64,000 nt of DNA from Pontibacter sp. G13 (GTDB lineage: Bacteria > Bacteroidota > Bacteroidia > J057). The notes beneath the pieces are model-generated. The model was not told the origin of the DNA, searched no databases, and saw nothing but the letters and a program-made list of their open reading frames with translations. The stretch is taken from the NCBI RefSeq assembly GCF_031851795.1, contig NZ_CP134696.1, forward strand, positions 1,295,576 through 1,359,575, read 5' to 3'. A program made the position numbers and the translations under genes. The stretch's first letter is position 1; every line of letters starts with the position of its first letter. Positions 9,575 through 18,031 of this stretch are shown here, one piece after another.

Positions 9575-10528
9575 ATGAAACTCTTTGGACTCACCGGAGT
9601 AGCCGGCTATATCGCACCTCGCCATCTACAAGCCATTCACGATACGGGCAACAAGCTCGTAGCCGCCATGGACCCGCACGATTCAGTGGGGATCTTGGAT
9701 CGGTATTTCAAGGAAGTGGCATTCTTCACCGAATACGAGCGTTTCGACCGCCACTTGGAGCGCCTTCGCCGTGATCCTGAACGTGATGCCATCGACTTCT
9801 TGAGCATTTGTACACCGAACTATCTACATGATGCCCATATCCGATTGGCGCTTCGTCTCGGTGCCAATGCGATCTGCGAAAAGCCTTTGGTGGCCAATCC
9901 TTGGCAGCTAGATGCATTGGAGCAACTCGAAGCAGAATCTCCCGGCAAAGTCTACTCTATCCTGCAATTGCGGGTGCACCCTTCTCTGATCGAGCTGAAA
10001 AAACGACTCGAAGCACAAAAGTCCGACAAGAAATACGACATCGTCCTGACCTACATTACCTCACGGGGTCCCTGGTATATGTATTCCTGGAAGGGAAATG
10101 AGGACAAGTCCGGAGGAATCGCCACCAATATTGGCATCCACTTCTTCGACATGCTCAGCTGGCTCTTTGGAGGTGTACAGAAGAGCGAAGTCTACCTCTC
10201 CGAAAAATCCAAGATGAGTGGCTTCCTCGAACTTGAAAACGCCAATGTCCGCTGGTTCCTCTCCATCGACAAAACCGATCTTCCGGAAGAAATCAAAGCC
10301 AAAGGACAGCCGACCTATCGCTCTATCACCTTTGATGGCGAAGAGATCGAATTCTCAGGTGGATTCACCGACTTGCACACGCGCATGTATGAAACCATTT
10401 TGGATGGGAAGGGCTTCGGAATCGAAACCGCAAGACCTTCGATCGAATTGGTCAATGGGATTCGTCAGGCAGAATTGTCACCCATCAACTACGGTCATCC
10501 TTTTTTGATGGAAAAGGTCAATAGCTAA
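9575..10528 (+). CDS. Gfo/Idh/MocA-family oxidoreductase (WbpB-like UDP-HexNAc(A) 3-dehydrogenase)
   Basis: The N-terminus MKLFGLTGVAGYIAPRHLQAIHDTGNKLVAAMDPHDSVG closely follows the WbpB/GnnA pattern (GAAGYIAPRH). Confidence 0.75.
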   Translation: MKLFGLTGVAGYIAPRHLQAIHDTGNKLVAAMDPHDSVGILDRYFKEVAFFTEYERFDRHLERLRRDPERDAIDFLSICTPNYLHDAHIRLALRLGANAICEKPLVANPWQLDALEQLEAESPGKVYSILQLRVHPSLIELKKRLEAQKSDKKYDIVLTYITSRGPWYMYSWKGNEDKSGGIATNIGIHFFDMLSWLFGGVQKSEVYLSEKSKMSGFLELENANVRWFLSIDKTDLPEEIKAKGQPTYRSITFDGEEIEFSGGFTDLHTRMYETILDGKGFGIETARPSIELVNGIRQAELSPINYGHPFLMEKVNS

Positions 10529-10556
10529 TTGTCATTGGCCGCTAGTAACCAATTAT

Positions 10557-10595
10557 CTGGGCTATCTCTGCAAGGAGGTAGCCCAGATTTTTTTG
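10557..10595 (+). terminator. Rho-independent terminator after the Gfo/Idh gene
   Basis: 8-bp stem CTGGGCTA / TAGCCCAG (10557-10564 and 10579-10586) with a 14-nt loop, followed by a T-run (10588-10594). Confidence 0.5.
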
Positions 10596-10686
10596 CAGAA
10601 CTGGAGGAAATGGACTTGATCCCCAGACCGTGCAGGATTGATGCGTTTCTGAAATTCACGTATTTTCCCAAAAATCTCCTATTCGC

Positions 10687-11607
10687 ATGAACGCTTCCCT
10701 ACGCTGGGGCATAGACCTCGGTGGTACCAAAATCGAAGGAGTCGTCATCTCTCCTGACTCCCCTACCCAACCGTTGGCTAGACTTCGAGTCCCCACAGAA
10801 CAGCAGCAAGGCTATCGCCATATCCTCGATCAGATCGAAAAACTCGTCCAGCTTCTCATCGAGGAAGTCGGAAGTACACCAGATCGGATTGGGATTGGTA
10901 CCCCTGGGGCACTGGACCCAGATAGTCAAACCCTCAAAAACAGCAACACACTTTGCTTGATCGGGAAACCCCTCAAAGCTGATCTTGAGGCTCAATTGGG
11001 TGTTCCCTGCATCCTCGCCAATGACGCCAACTGCTTCGCATTGGCAGAAGCCAAGCTTGGGGTTGTACCTGCACAAGTTCCTCACGCTGACGTAGTGTTT
11101 GGAGTGATCATGGGGACAGGCGTCGGAGGCGGGGTGGTCGTGGGGGATCGAGTTCTGCACGGTAGACATGGCATTGCAGGAGAATGGGGCCACAACTTCT
11201 TGGATGAATCCGGCGGACCTTGCTATTGCGGGCGCGTGGGCTGTGTGGAAACCATCCTCTCTGGTCCATCGCTGGAAAGATTCTACCGCACCCGGTCTGG
11301 CCAGAATCGCCGTCTTCCAGAAATCATCCAACGAGCGAGAGCAGGCAATGATCCGATTGCGATCCTCACCTTGGATCGATTGGTCACCATGTTTGGGAAG
11401 GCTTTGGGGCCCATCATCAATATTCTTGATCCAGATGCCATCGTCATCGGTGGCGGCGTCGGAAATATCTCCGAATTGTACGATCTGGGGAGAGACCATC
11501 TAGCGCGCCATGTCTTCAATCCGCACATGGCCACCAAAATCCTGAAGCCACAACTGGGAGATAGCGCAGGGGTATTCGGAGCGGCCATGCTCGTTGCAAA
11601 TTCTTGA
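10687..11607 (+). CDS. ROK-family sugar kinase (glucokinase / N-acetyl-hexosamine kinase-like)
   Basis: WGIDLGGTKIEGVVI at the N-terminus. The ROK zinc motif CYCGRVGCVE is present. 306 aa. Confidence 0.8.
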   Translation: MNASLRWGIDLGGTKIEGVVISPDSPTQPLARLRVPTEQQQGYRHILDQIEKLVQLLIEEVGSTPDRIGIGTPGALDPDSQTLKNSNTLCLIGKPLKADLEAQLGVPCILANDANCFALAEAKLGVVPAQVPHADVVFGVIMGTGVGGGVVVGDRVLHGRHGIAGEWGHNFLDESGGPCYCGRVGCVETILSGPSLERFYRTRSGQNRRLPEIIQRARAGNDPIAILTLDRLVTMFGKALGPIINILDPDAIVIGGGVGNISELYDLGRDHLARHVFNPHMATKILKPQLGDSAGVFGAAMLVANS

Positions 11608-11656
11608 GTAGAAGTTGCAAGCGGAGGACAATTCACTAGAAAGTCCACGGAGTATA

Positions 11657-12787
11657 ATGTTTATTGACAGGTATTTTCCCGCAAAAAGTCGTGGAAATAA
11701 AACCCAAAAACATTGGCTCCCAACCATGCATTCATCCTCACAACCGCCCAAACTTGCTGATGCCCACTTGGTTCACTATCTGAAATTTGCGCTTTGGGTG
11801 GTGTTTCTTGTATTGCCGCTTTTGTTGCTAGACGGGTCTCTACCGCCCTATTGGGGACAAACCTCTTGGACACAAAAGGTCGCCAGACTCGATGAGATCG
11901 ACTGGAAACCGAATCGCCTATTCTTGGGCACCAGCATCACCTATATGCAGGTCGACCCTTCCACCATAGATCGGGTGATCGGAGACAATCTAGGGTCCTT
12001 CAACTTGGGGGCTACAGATGCCGAGGTCGTGGAAATGATCGGATTTGCCAAGTGGATCATCCGTCAACCGCAGGCCGCTGGCAAAACCCTCATGTTGGAA
12101 GTCAGGCCTTGGGACCCCATCAGCAAGCGTCCCACTCGTCAGGAGAAGAAGTATTTCTACAGGCCGGACAACTGGCGTCTGACCCAATCGCTCATCGGGC
12201 AAACAGCGGAAACGAATTTTTGGGAGAAGACCCGACAATCTGCCTATCACAACGCTGGGTATCTCCAGAGTTACTTCCGGGCGGGACTCCTTCGACAATC
12301 CGTCAAGTTTCACTGGATCAAGGATCGCTACACGAACCGGTTCATCGGTGCGGGCCTAGACGGTTTTGTACCCTTGGACCTAGCCACGCTCGATGATTAC
12401 GCCACTAATGTAGGTGCTCGGGAGTCTCACGAATTCTATCATTCCGATACCACCGTATTCGATGCCCTTCGTTCCAATGGTTTGCCGATCCGAGAGGAAT
12501 GGAATCCCGTCAACGAAGCCTATCGCGATGAGCTGCTAGCGCTATTCACCTACGCAGAAATGAATGGCGTGCGTTTGATGCTCCTTATCCCTCCCCGATT
12601 GCCCCGAGCAGCGTATCGAGACCTTTTGCCGCTGGCATACAGCTTTCCTCCAACGCGGGTGGTGCAATTGGCTGATCCGGCGGAATTTCCCGAGTTTTAT
12701 GAAACCCGTTATTCATTTGACCAGATCCACCTGAATGCCGAGGGAGCAGGACTATTTTCCGATCGACTCGGAAGCTTGTTGCGGTAA
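11657..12787 (+). CDS. Membrane-anchored SGNH-hydrolase-like protein (candidate DltD/AlgJ-like partner of the adjacent MBOAT)
   Basis: N-terminal TM helix (FALWVVFLVLPLLLL). There is a GDS-like block I variant FLGTSITY and a clear SGNH block V, DQIHLNAEGAGLFSDRL, near the C-terminus. The ORF-track start 11615 is TTG; ATG candidates are 11657 and 11726. Confidence 0.45.
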   Translation: MFIDRYFPAKSRGNKTQKHWLPTMHSSSQPPKLADAHLVHYLKFALWVVFLVLPLLLLDGSLPPYWGQTSWTQKVARLDEIDWKPNRLFLGTSITYMQVDPSTIDRVIGDNLGSFNLGATDAEVVEMIGFAKWIIRQPQAAGKTLMLEVRPWDPISKRPTRQEKKYFYRPDNWRLTQSLIGQTAETNFWEKTRQSAYHNAGYLQSYFRAGLLRQSVKFHWIKDRYTNRFIGAGLDGFVPLDLATLDDYATNVGARESHEFYHSDTTVFDALRSNGLPIREEWNPVNEAYRDELLALFTYAEMNGVRLMLLIPPRLPRAAYRDLLPLAYSFPPTRVVQLADPAEFPEFYETRYSFDQIHLNAEGAGLFSDRLGSLLR

Positions 12788-12889
12788 ATAGTGCTGTCTG
12801 CTCGCTGCGAATAATGGATACTATCGGCCCTCGAAGCCCTCTTTTGGTTGCTTCGAGGGCCGTTTTTGTTAGGTGCCTGATTCATGAAG

Positions 12890-13110
12890 ATGTGCGGCTG
12901 GTAGGTGCGGCGTCAGGGATAGGAGGGGCGAGCCTTCAGGCGAGGTCCGAGGCAACTTGGGGAAATCGGGAAAGGCCTAGATGAAGTGCGCAAAGGACTG
13001 AACTGGAACCGCCCAAATCCGAGGACGGGAGCTTGCGTACCCCCGCATAGCCCGGCCCGGCGACTCTTTGGCTAGGCGGATAGCTCCCAGCCTGATCGCC
13101 GGGAGACGCC
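12890..13110. repeat. Copy (partial) of a dispersed ~200-300-bp repeat element family
   Basis: Shares the blocks GATGTGCGGCTGG.AGGTGCGGCGT.AGG, GGCGAGGTCCGAGGC and ATCCGAGGACGGGAGC...GTACCC...CCCGGCGACTC with 44990-45200 and 57390-57600. Lies between convergent genes. Confidence 0.6.
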
Positions 13111-13114
13111 CTCA

Positions 13115-14551
13115 TCAGAATTGGAAATATTGGAAGGGAACTTCGGCTTGATCGGCCATGGCCAATGTCACATATATCAAAATCGTGACCAATCCCCAAG
13201 ATTGCCAAGGCTTGAGAGTGGAGAGCCATTGATCGAACATGCGATTTTTCATGCGAATATGGAGCTGGTCCATCACCAACAGCAGGAATCCTCCCAAGGC
13301 GATGTGCTTGCCGATGTCGTCCCAAGCGGGGACCGATCCAGCAAACATCCACATCCGGTCCAGCATGGTCCACATGGTATCGAGATTGGGAACTCGGAAG
13401 GCCATCCCGGTAAACTGCGAGATGAACATGGTGATGGCGGTACCTCCGACGTTGAACCACATCCGAGCTTTGCCTTCGAGCTGATTGCGCCAAGGAGCCA
13501 TACGACGCATGATGAAGTACTCGATCAGCACATAGATGCCGTTGGCGACGCCCCAGATCATGAAATTCCAGCCTGCGCCATGCCAAATTCCCGTCAGGAG
13601 GTAGATGACGAACAATCCGCCATACCATCGGATTCTGGACTTGCCGCGGCCTGCAATGGGGAAAAAGACATAATCCCGCCACCAAGCGATCAGGGTCATG
13701 TGCCAACCGGACCAGAATCGATTTTTGGAGGGAGCAAAGTAGATCCGATTTTCGAAGTTGGGCGACAGTTCCACCCCGATCATCCGGGCACTTCCGATGG
13801 CCATGTCCGTATAGGCGCTAAAATCGCAGAACACCTGAAACCCGAACATGAGCATCCCCATCCAGATCCCAAATCCCTGATAGGATTCTGGGTCAGCGTA
13901 AACGGCATCCACGACCATGGCAAGCCTATCTGAGATGACGATCTTCTTGAACAGGCCCCAGACCATGAGCTGCATGCCCGCGACAAGGTTGCTGTCCTTG
14001 AACTTCACGGGACGCTCCAGTTGGCCATAGAGATGGGAGTATCGCTCGATCGGTCCTGCCACCAATTGGGGAAAGAAGCTCACAAACAGCGCAAAACGCC
14101 CTAGATGACGCGTGGGCTCCACTCGCTTGCGGTAGACATCGATGGTATAGCTCAATGTCTGGAAGGTGTAGAAGGAAATCCCCACCGGCATGAGATAGGT
14201 GTCTATCTGAGGGATGTAGGAGAGGTGCAGGGCCTCGAAAAGCCCGTTTCCCACATGGAATGCCGGACTGAGATATTTGAAGGTGAAAAGCAATCCCAAG
14301 TTGGTCCCCAGACTGAGTAGCAGCAGGAGATTGCGATACAGCGGCCTCTCCGTTTTTCCCAGCCAGATCCCCACGGCAAAATCCACCAAAGTAGAGCCGA
14401 GGATCAAGGTCAGGCACCAGGGATTCCAGACCGCATAGAACCCGTAGCTGACCAACAATAGCCAAAGCCACCGACCTCTATGGGGAATGAGATAGAAGAC
14501 CGCCACTGCCAATGGCAGGGCGATCAAGTATTCGAGGGAGTCAAATTGCAT
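13115..14551 (-). CDS. MBOAT-family membrane-bound O-acyltransferase (DltB/AlgI-like)
   Basis: 478 aa and polytopic. Has the typical MBOAT N-terminus YLIALPLAVAVFY, conserved FWRRWH-like regions (WSGWHMTLIAWWRDYVFFP) and a conserved His. Confidence 0.85.
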   Translation of the reverse strand: MQFDSLEYLIALPLAVAVFYLIPHRGRWLWLLLVSYGFYAVWNPWCLTLILGSTLVDFAVGIWLGKTERPLYRNLLLLLSLGTNLGLLFTFKYLSPAFHVGNGLFEALHLSYIPQIDTYLMPVGISFYTFQTLSYTIDVYRKRVEPTRHLGRFALFVSFFPQLVAGPIERYSHLYGQLERPVKFKDSNLVAGMQLMVWGLFKKIVISDRLAMVVDAVYADPESYQGFGIWMGMLMFGFQVFCDFSAYTDMAIGSARMIGVELSPNFENRIYFAPSKNRFWSGWHMTLIAWWRDYVFFPIAGRGKSRIRWYGGLFVIYLLTGIWHGAGWNFMIWGVANGIYVLIEYFIMRRMAPWRNQLEGKARMWFNVGGTAITMFISQFTGMAFRVPNLDTMWTMLDRMWMFAGSVPAWDDIGKHIALGGFLLLVMDQLHIRMKNRMFDQWLSTLKPWQSWGLVTILIYVTLAMADQAEVPFQYFQF

Positions 14552-14563
14552 GTCTATTCAGGC

Positions 14564-15790
14564 TCAAGCAGGCACGATCCGCGCAGGGAGATGGGCATAT
14601 CCGCGCGGGTTGAAGGTGTCTTGACGAATGGGATCGGCAGTCAATTCGAAGCGTTGGCTGCGGTCCATCAATTTGGAAATGGCCCATTTGGCTTGTTTGC
14701 GGGCGAGCCAAGCACCCGAGCAGATCCGTTCCCCTCTGCCGAAGCCCAGATTCCCCTTGGAGGTTCGGGAAAAATCCAACTGATCGGGGTGCTCATAGCG
14801 ATTTGCATCCCGGTGAGCGGCAGCTACGCACAGGACGATTCCGTGCCCCTTCTTAATGATTTTGCCGCCGTATTCGGTGTCTTCTTTGGCGATCCGTCCC
14901 AAAAGCGGAACCGAGGAGTCATATCGCAGGCATTCCTCGATGGCCAAGGCTGTAGCTTTGCGGTGATTGCGCAGCCATTCGGTCTGCTCTGGATGGGTCA
15001 TCATCAATTGCAGGGAATTGCCGATGAGGTGGACGGTCGTCTCCTGCCCAGCAAAGAACAGGAAGGCGCAGAAGCCTGCAATCTCCTGATCGGTGAGCTT
15101 CTCTTCGGATTGATCATTCAGCTTGATGAGGTTGCTGAGCAGATCGGGCTGGGGAGATTTCCGCTTTTCCTCGATCCAAGGGAGTAGGTATTCCACCACT
15201 TCCTCCATGCCTTCATTGAGCATCTCGAAAGACCGCATAGTTCTGCGATACTCAATGATCGGGTACAGCTTGAAGGAGATTTTCTTCAATTGAACCCAAT
15301 CCTCCGCAGGAAGCCCCATCACGCCCAACAAGGTCAGAATCGGAAGCATCCCCGCGAATTCCGTCATGAGATCCACCTGATCAAAATCCCACTGGTCCAT
15401 CATGTGATCGATCCGCTTCTTGACGGATTCGTCCACAGAACGGTCATTCCAAGCTTGGTGGAGCCATTCGCGGAGTTTGGGATGACGAGGCTTGTCGATG
15501 AATGGAAGGAACATCTTGCCTGCGAGCTTCATTCCCTCCATGACTTTGCCTTTGCCCTTGAGATATTCATAGGTGACATCAAACTCATCCGTACGGGTAA
15601 GGGGTCCGAGATTCTGATCGGCAAATGCGCGGAACACATCCTCATACCGCGTGAGGATCCATTCTCCATGCATAGATCGGTGGACTGGGTCTTGCTCGCG
15701 GATGGTTTTCAGGTAGGGATAAGGATTGGCCCGAAAGTCCGGATCGAAAGGGTCCCATCTCAACTGGGAAGCTTTGTATGCAGTGGACAT
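14564..15790 (-). CDS. Cytochrome P450
   Basis: Heme-binding loop FGRGERICSGAWLA (FxxGxRxCxG). EXXR is present (ECLRYD). 408 aa. 12-nt gap to the MBOAT gene. Confidence 0.85.
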   Translation of the reverse strand: MSTAYKASQLRWDPFDPDFRANPYPYLKTIREQDPVHRSMHGEWILTRYEDVFRAFADQNLGPLTRTDEFDVTYEYLKGKGKVMEGMKLAGKMFLPFIDKPRHPKLREWLHQAWNDRSVDESVKKRIDHMMDQWDFDQVDLMTEFAGMLPILTLLGVMGLPAEDWVQLKKISFKLYPIIEYRRTMRSFEMLNEGMEEVVEYLLPWIEEKRKSPQPDLLSNLIKLNDQSEEKLTDQEIAGFCAFLFFAGQETTVHLIGNSLQLMMTHPEQTEWLRNHRKATALAIEECLRYDSSVPLLGRIAKEDTEYGGKIIKKGHGIVLCVAAAHRDANRYEHPDQLDFSRTSKGNLGFGRGERICSGAWLARKQAKWAISKLMDRSQRFELTADPIRQDTFNPRGYAHLPARIVPA

Positions 15791-15841
15791 GTATTCGACT
15801 AATTAACTTGAATGTGTGAACACAGGGGGTAATCAGCGGAA

Positions 15842-16111
15842 TTAGGCGGTCTGTGATTTGTTGACGACGTTTTTGAGCAGGTAATTCACTACCCCTTCAA
15901 TGGAGGGAAAGTCCCAGAAGAGGGTCGGTGAAAGGTTGGTTCCGAGCAGGTCTTCCAAGTCTGCTGTCAAGCTTACCGCTGCGATGGATTCGAGATTGTA
16001 GCGGGCAAATGGCTTGTCGGTCTCGATCTTGTCCTTGGGCATGCGCGTTTCTTCGGCCACATGGTCGATCATCCACTGGATGAGTTCTTCGCGAGTGGGT
16101 TGGTTGGTCAT
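15842..16111 (-). CDS. Acyl carrier protein (stand-alone phosphopantetheine-binding protein)
   Basis: 89 aa four-helix ACP-like sequence with a likely phosphopantetheinyl serine in NLESIAAVSL. Sits 11 nt downstream of the FAAL gene. Confidence 0.7.
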   Translation of the reverse strand: MTNQPTREELIQWMIDHVAEETRMPKDKIETDKPFARYNLESIAAVSLTADLEDLLGTNLSPTLFWDFPSIEGVVNYLLKNVVNKSQTA

Positions 16112-16122
16112 GATTGGGAGGG

Positions 16123-17823
16123 TTAAGTGTTGGTTTCAAAAAACAGTTCTGTAGAGGTTTGGGACTTCTGCCAAAGGTCTCGGCAGGCAAATCGCATGAG
16201 CTTTCCACTGGACGTCTTCCGAATCGTACCGGGAGGAACCAGCGCAATATCTTTCAAAGCGATACCATGAGTCTGGTAGACTGTGGTTTGTATTTTTTGG
16301 CGTACTTCGTCGGCCCGATCTTCTGAGCGGAGTTCTGCCATGACGACCACCCGTTCTTCCTGCCCATCCACCACAGGGAATGCAGCTACATTTCCGGTCC
16401 GGATGTCGATATGGCAATCGCTAGCCGTCTTCTCGATGTCTTGTGGATAGTGGTTTTGACCGTTGAGGATGATGAGATCCTTGATTCTGCCGGTGATGTA
16501 CAGCCATCCATCCGCCAAAAATCCGAGATCTTCAGACCTGAGGTAGGGACCTTGGCCATCCAAGGTTTCTGCATGGAAAATTTCATCCGTTTTGTCAAGA
16601 TCTCCATAGTATCCCTGAGCGACAGAATCTCCTGAGATCCAAATTTCGCCGACTTCCCATTCTGGCAATACACTGCGAGATTTGGGATCTACGATCTTGA
16701 CATCAAAGCCCGAAGCGATCCGCCCAGAACTCACGAAAGACCTTCCCGCTTGCCCCGATTGAGCCTTGACTGCCCGATGCTGTTCTTGGAGCAATTCGAA
16801 TTGCAGGTCCAGGACCTTGGGCTTGAAATCCCGTCCCGTGCTAGAGACCATGAGCGTGCTCTCAGCCATCCCGTAGCAGGGCAACAATTGATCGTATCGA
16901 AATCCGCAAACTTGAAATGCTTTGGCAAAACGGTTCAACGTATCCGCCCAGATCGGTTCCGCACCGTTGTAGAGAACGTCTAGACTACTGAGGTTCAATT
17001 CGGCTTTTTGGGTGTCCTTGACCTTGCGGGCACACAATTCGAAGGCGAAATTGGGACCTCCTGTACAGGTGATCCGATATTTGGAAATGGCCTGAAGCCA
17101 TCGTACAGGTCTAGCAATGAAGTCCTCTGGCGCCATGATATGACCGGGGATCCCCTTGGCCAAAGGCCCCAGCACACCATCCACCAACCCCATGTCGTGA
17201 TAATGCGGTAACCAGGTCAAGTAGCGGCTTCCCGCATGGGTGCCAAAGGACTTGGCGATGGTCTTGCAATTTTCCACCAAGTTCTGGTGGGTGACAATTA
17301 CCCCTTTCGGTGAACCCGTAGAGCCAGAGGAATACTGGAGCACCGCAGGACTGGCAGGATCTAGCTTTGGGCTTTTTTCCCCCGTAGACTCGAGTTTTCT
17401 GAGCGACTCGTGCCAAAGGAGTTCAGCTCCATTGGCACTCAATTGGGCGCGAATTCCCTGAAATAATTCGGAGTCGGGCTCCAAATCTGTCAGGACCAAT
17501 TTTGCTCCACTATGGGTGAGGGTTTTGGCGAGGCGATTGACCTGTGAAAGGCGGTAGGGCAAAGGAAGGGGCACCGCAATCCGGCCTGCCCAAAAACAAG
17601 CCAGTAGCGCAGTGACAAAATCGATCCCAGCACGGTACAACAGCACGACCGGCTGCTGAAATTCGCTGTGATGCCCCAATCTCCCAGCAAGATGGGCAGT
17701 ATCTGATTCGAGTTGACGGTAAGTGATCGAGCGTCCCTCCAGTTCAGGGAAGTCGATCTTTTGATAGGCGAGGCCATCGGGATTTCGTGTGGCCCATTTT
17801 GTGAGGATTCGTTTCCAGTGCAT
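16123..17823 (-). CDS. Fatty acyl-AMP ligase (FAAL-type adenylation enzyme)
   Basis: LQYSSGSTGSPKGVIVTHQNL (AMP-binding core) and WLPHYHDMGLV are present; the latter is characteristic of the FAAL/FadD32 subfamily rather than CoA ligases. 566 aa. Confidence 0.8.
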   Translation of the reverse strand: MHWKRILTKWATRNPDGLAYQKIDFPELEGRSITYRQLESDTAHLAGRLGHHSEFQQPVVLLYRAGIDFVTALLACFWAGRIAVPLPLPYRLSQVNRLAKTLTHSGAKLVLTDLEPDSELFQGIRAQLSANGAELLWHESLRKLESTGEKSPKLDPASPAVLQYSSGSTGSPKGVIVTHQNLVENCKTIAKSFGTHAGSRYLTWLPHYHDMGLVDGVLGPLAKGIPGHIMAPEDFIARPVRWLQAISKYRITCTGGPNFAFELCARKVKDTQKAELNLSSLDVLYNGAEPIWADTLNRFAKAFQVCGFRYDQLLPCYGMAESTLMVSSTGRDFKPKVLDLQFELLQEQHRAVKAQSGQAGRSFVSSGRIASGFDVKIVDPKSRSVLPEWEVGEIWISGDSVAQGYYGDLDKTDEIFHAETLDGQGPYLRSEDLGFLADGWLYITGRIKDLIILNGQNHYPQDIEKTASDCHIDIRTGNVAAFPVVDGQEERVVVMAELRSEDRADEVRQKIQTTVYQTHGIALKDIALVPPGTIRKTSSGKLMRFACRDLWQKSQTSTELFFETNT

Positions 17824-18031
17824 GGATCAGTCAGTGAAGGTTGGCTGATATTAGGCTGCCTACTGCGAAAGTCCATGACACATTCAGGCCCTACATAATC
17901 CAATCACTTAAATGTTATTTATTTGGAATAATTTATCCACTCCCCTCCGATTCTTCCACTCGTAAGCTCGGATCAGATTTGATCGAAAATCCCTATCTTC
18001 CATGCTTGAAACCTTATCTTTCCATAGACCT

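Noticed and set aside
6157-11499. Antisense ORFs within the glycosylation cluster (6157..6660, 7679..8140, 8368..9051, 10699..11499)
   Set aside because: Each lies opposite a gene with strong family motifs (GT2, GT-C, WecB, ROK). None has motifs of its own.
13121-13933. 270-aa + strand ORF and 256-aa - strand ORF 12936..13706
   Set aside because: Both overlap the MBOAT gene (13115..14551), which has strong family motifs. The 12936..13706 ORF is in another frame and starts inside the dispersed repeat. Both are shadow or out-of-frame ORFs.
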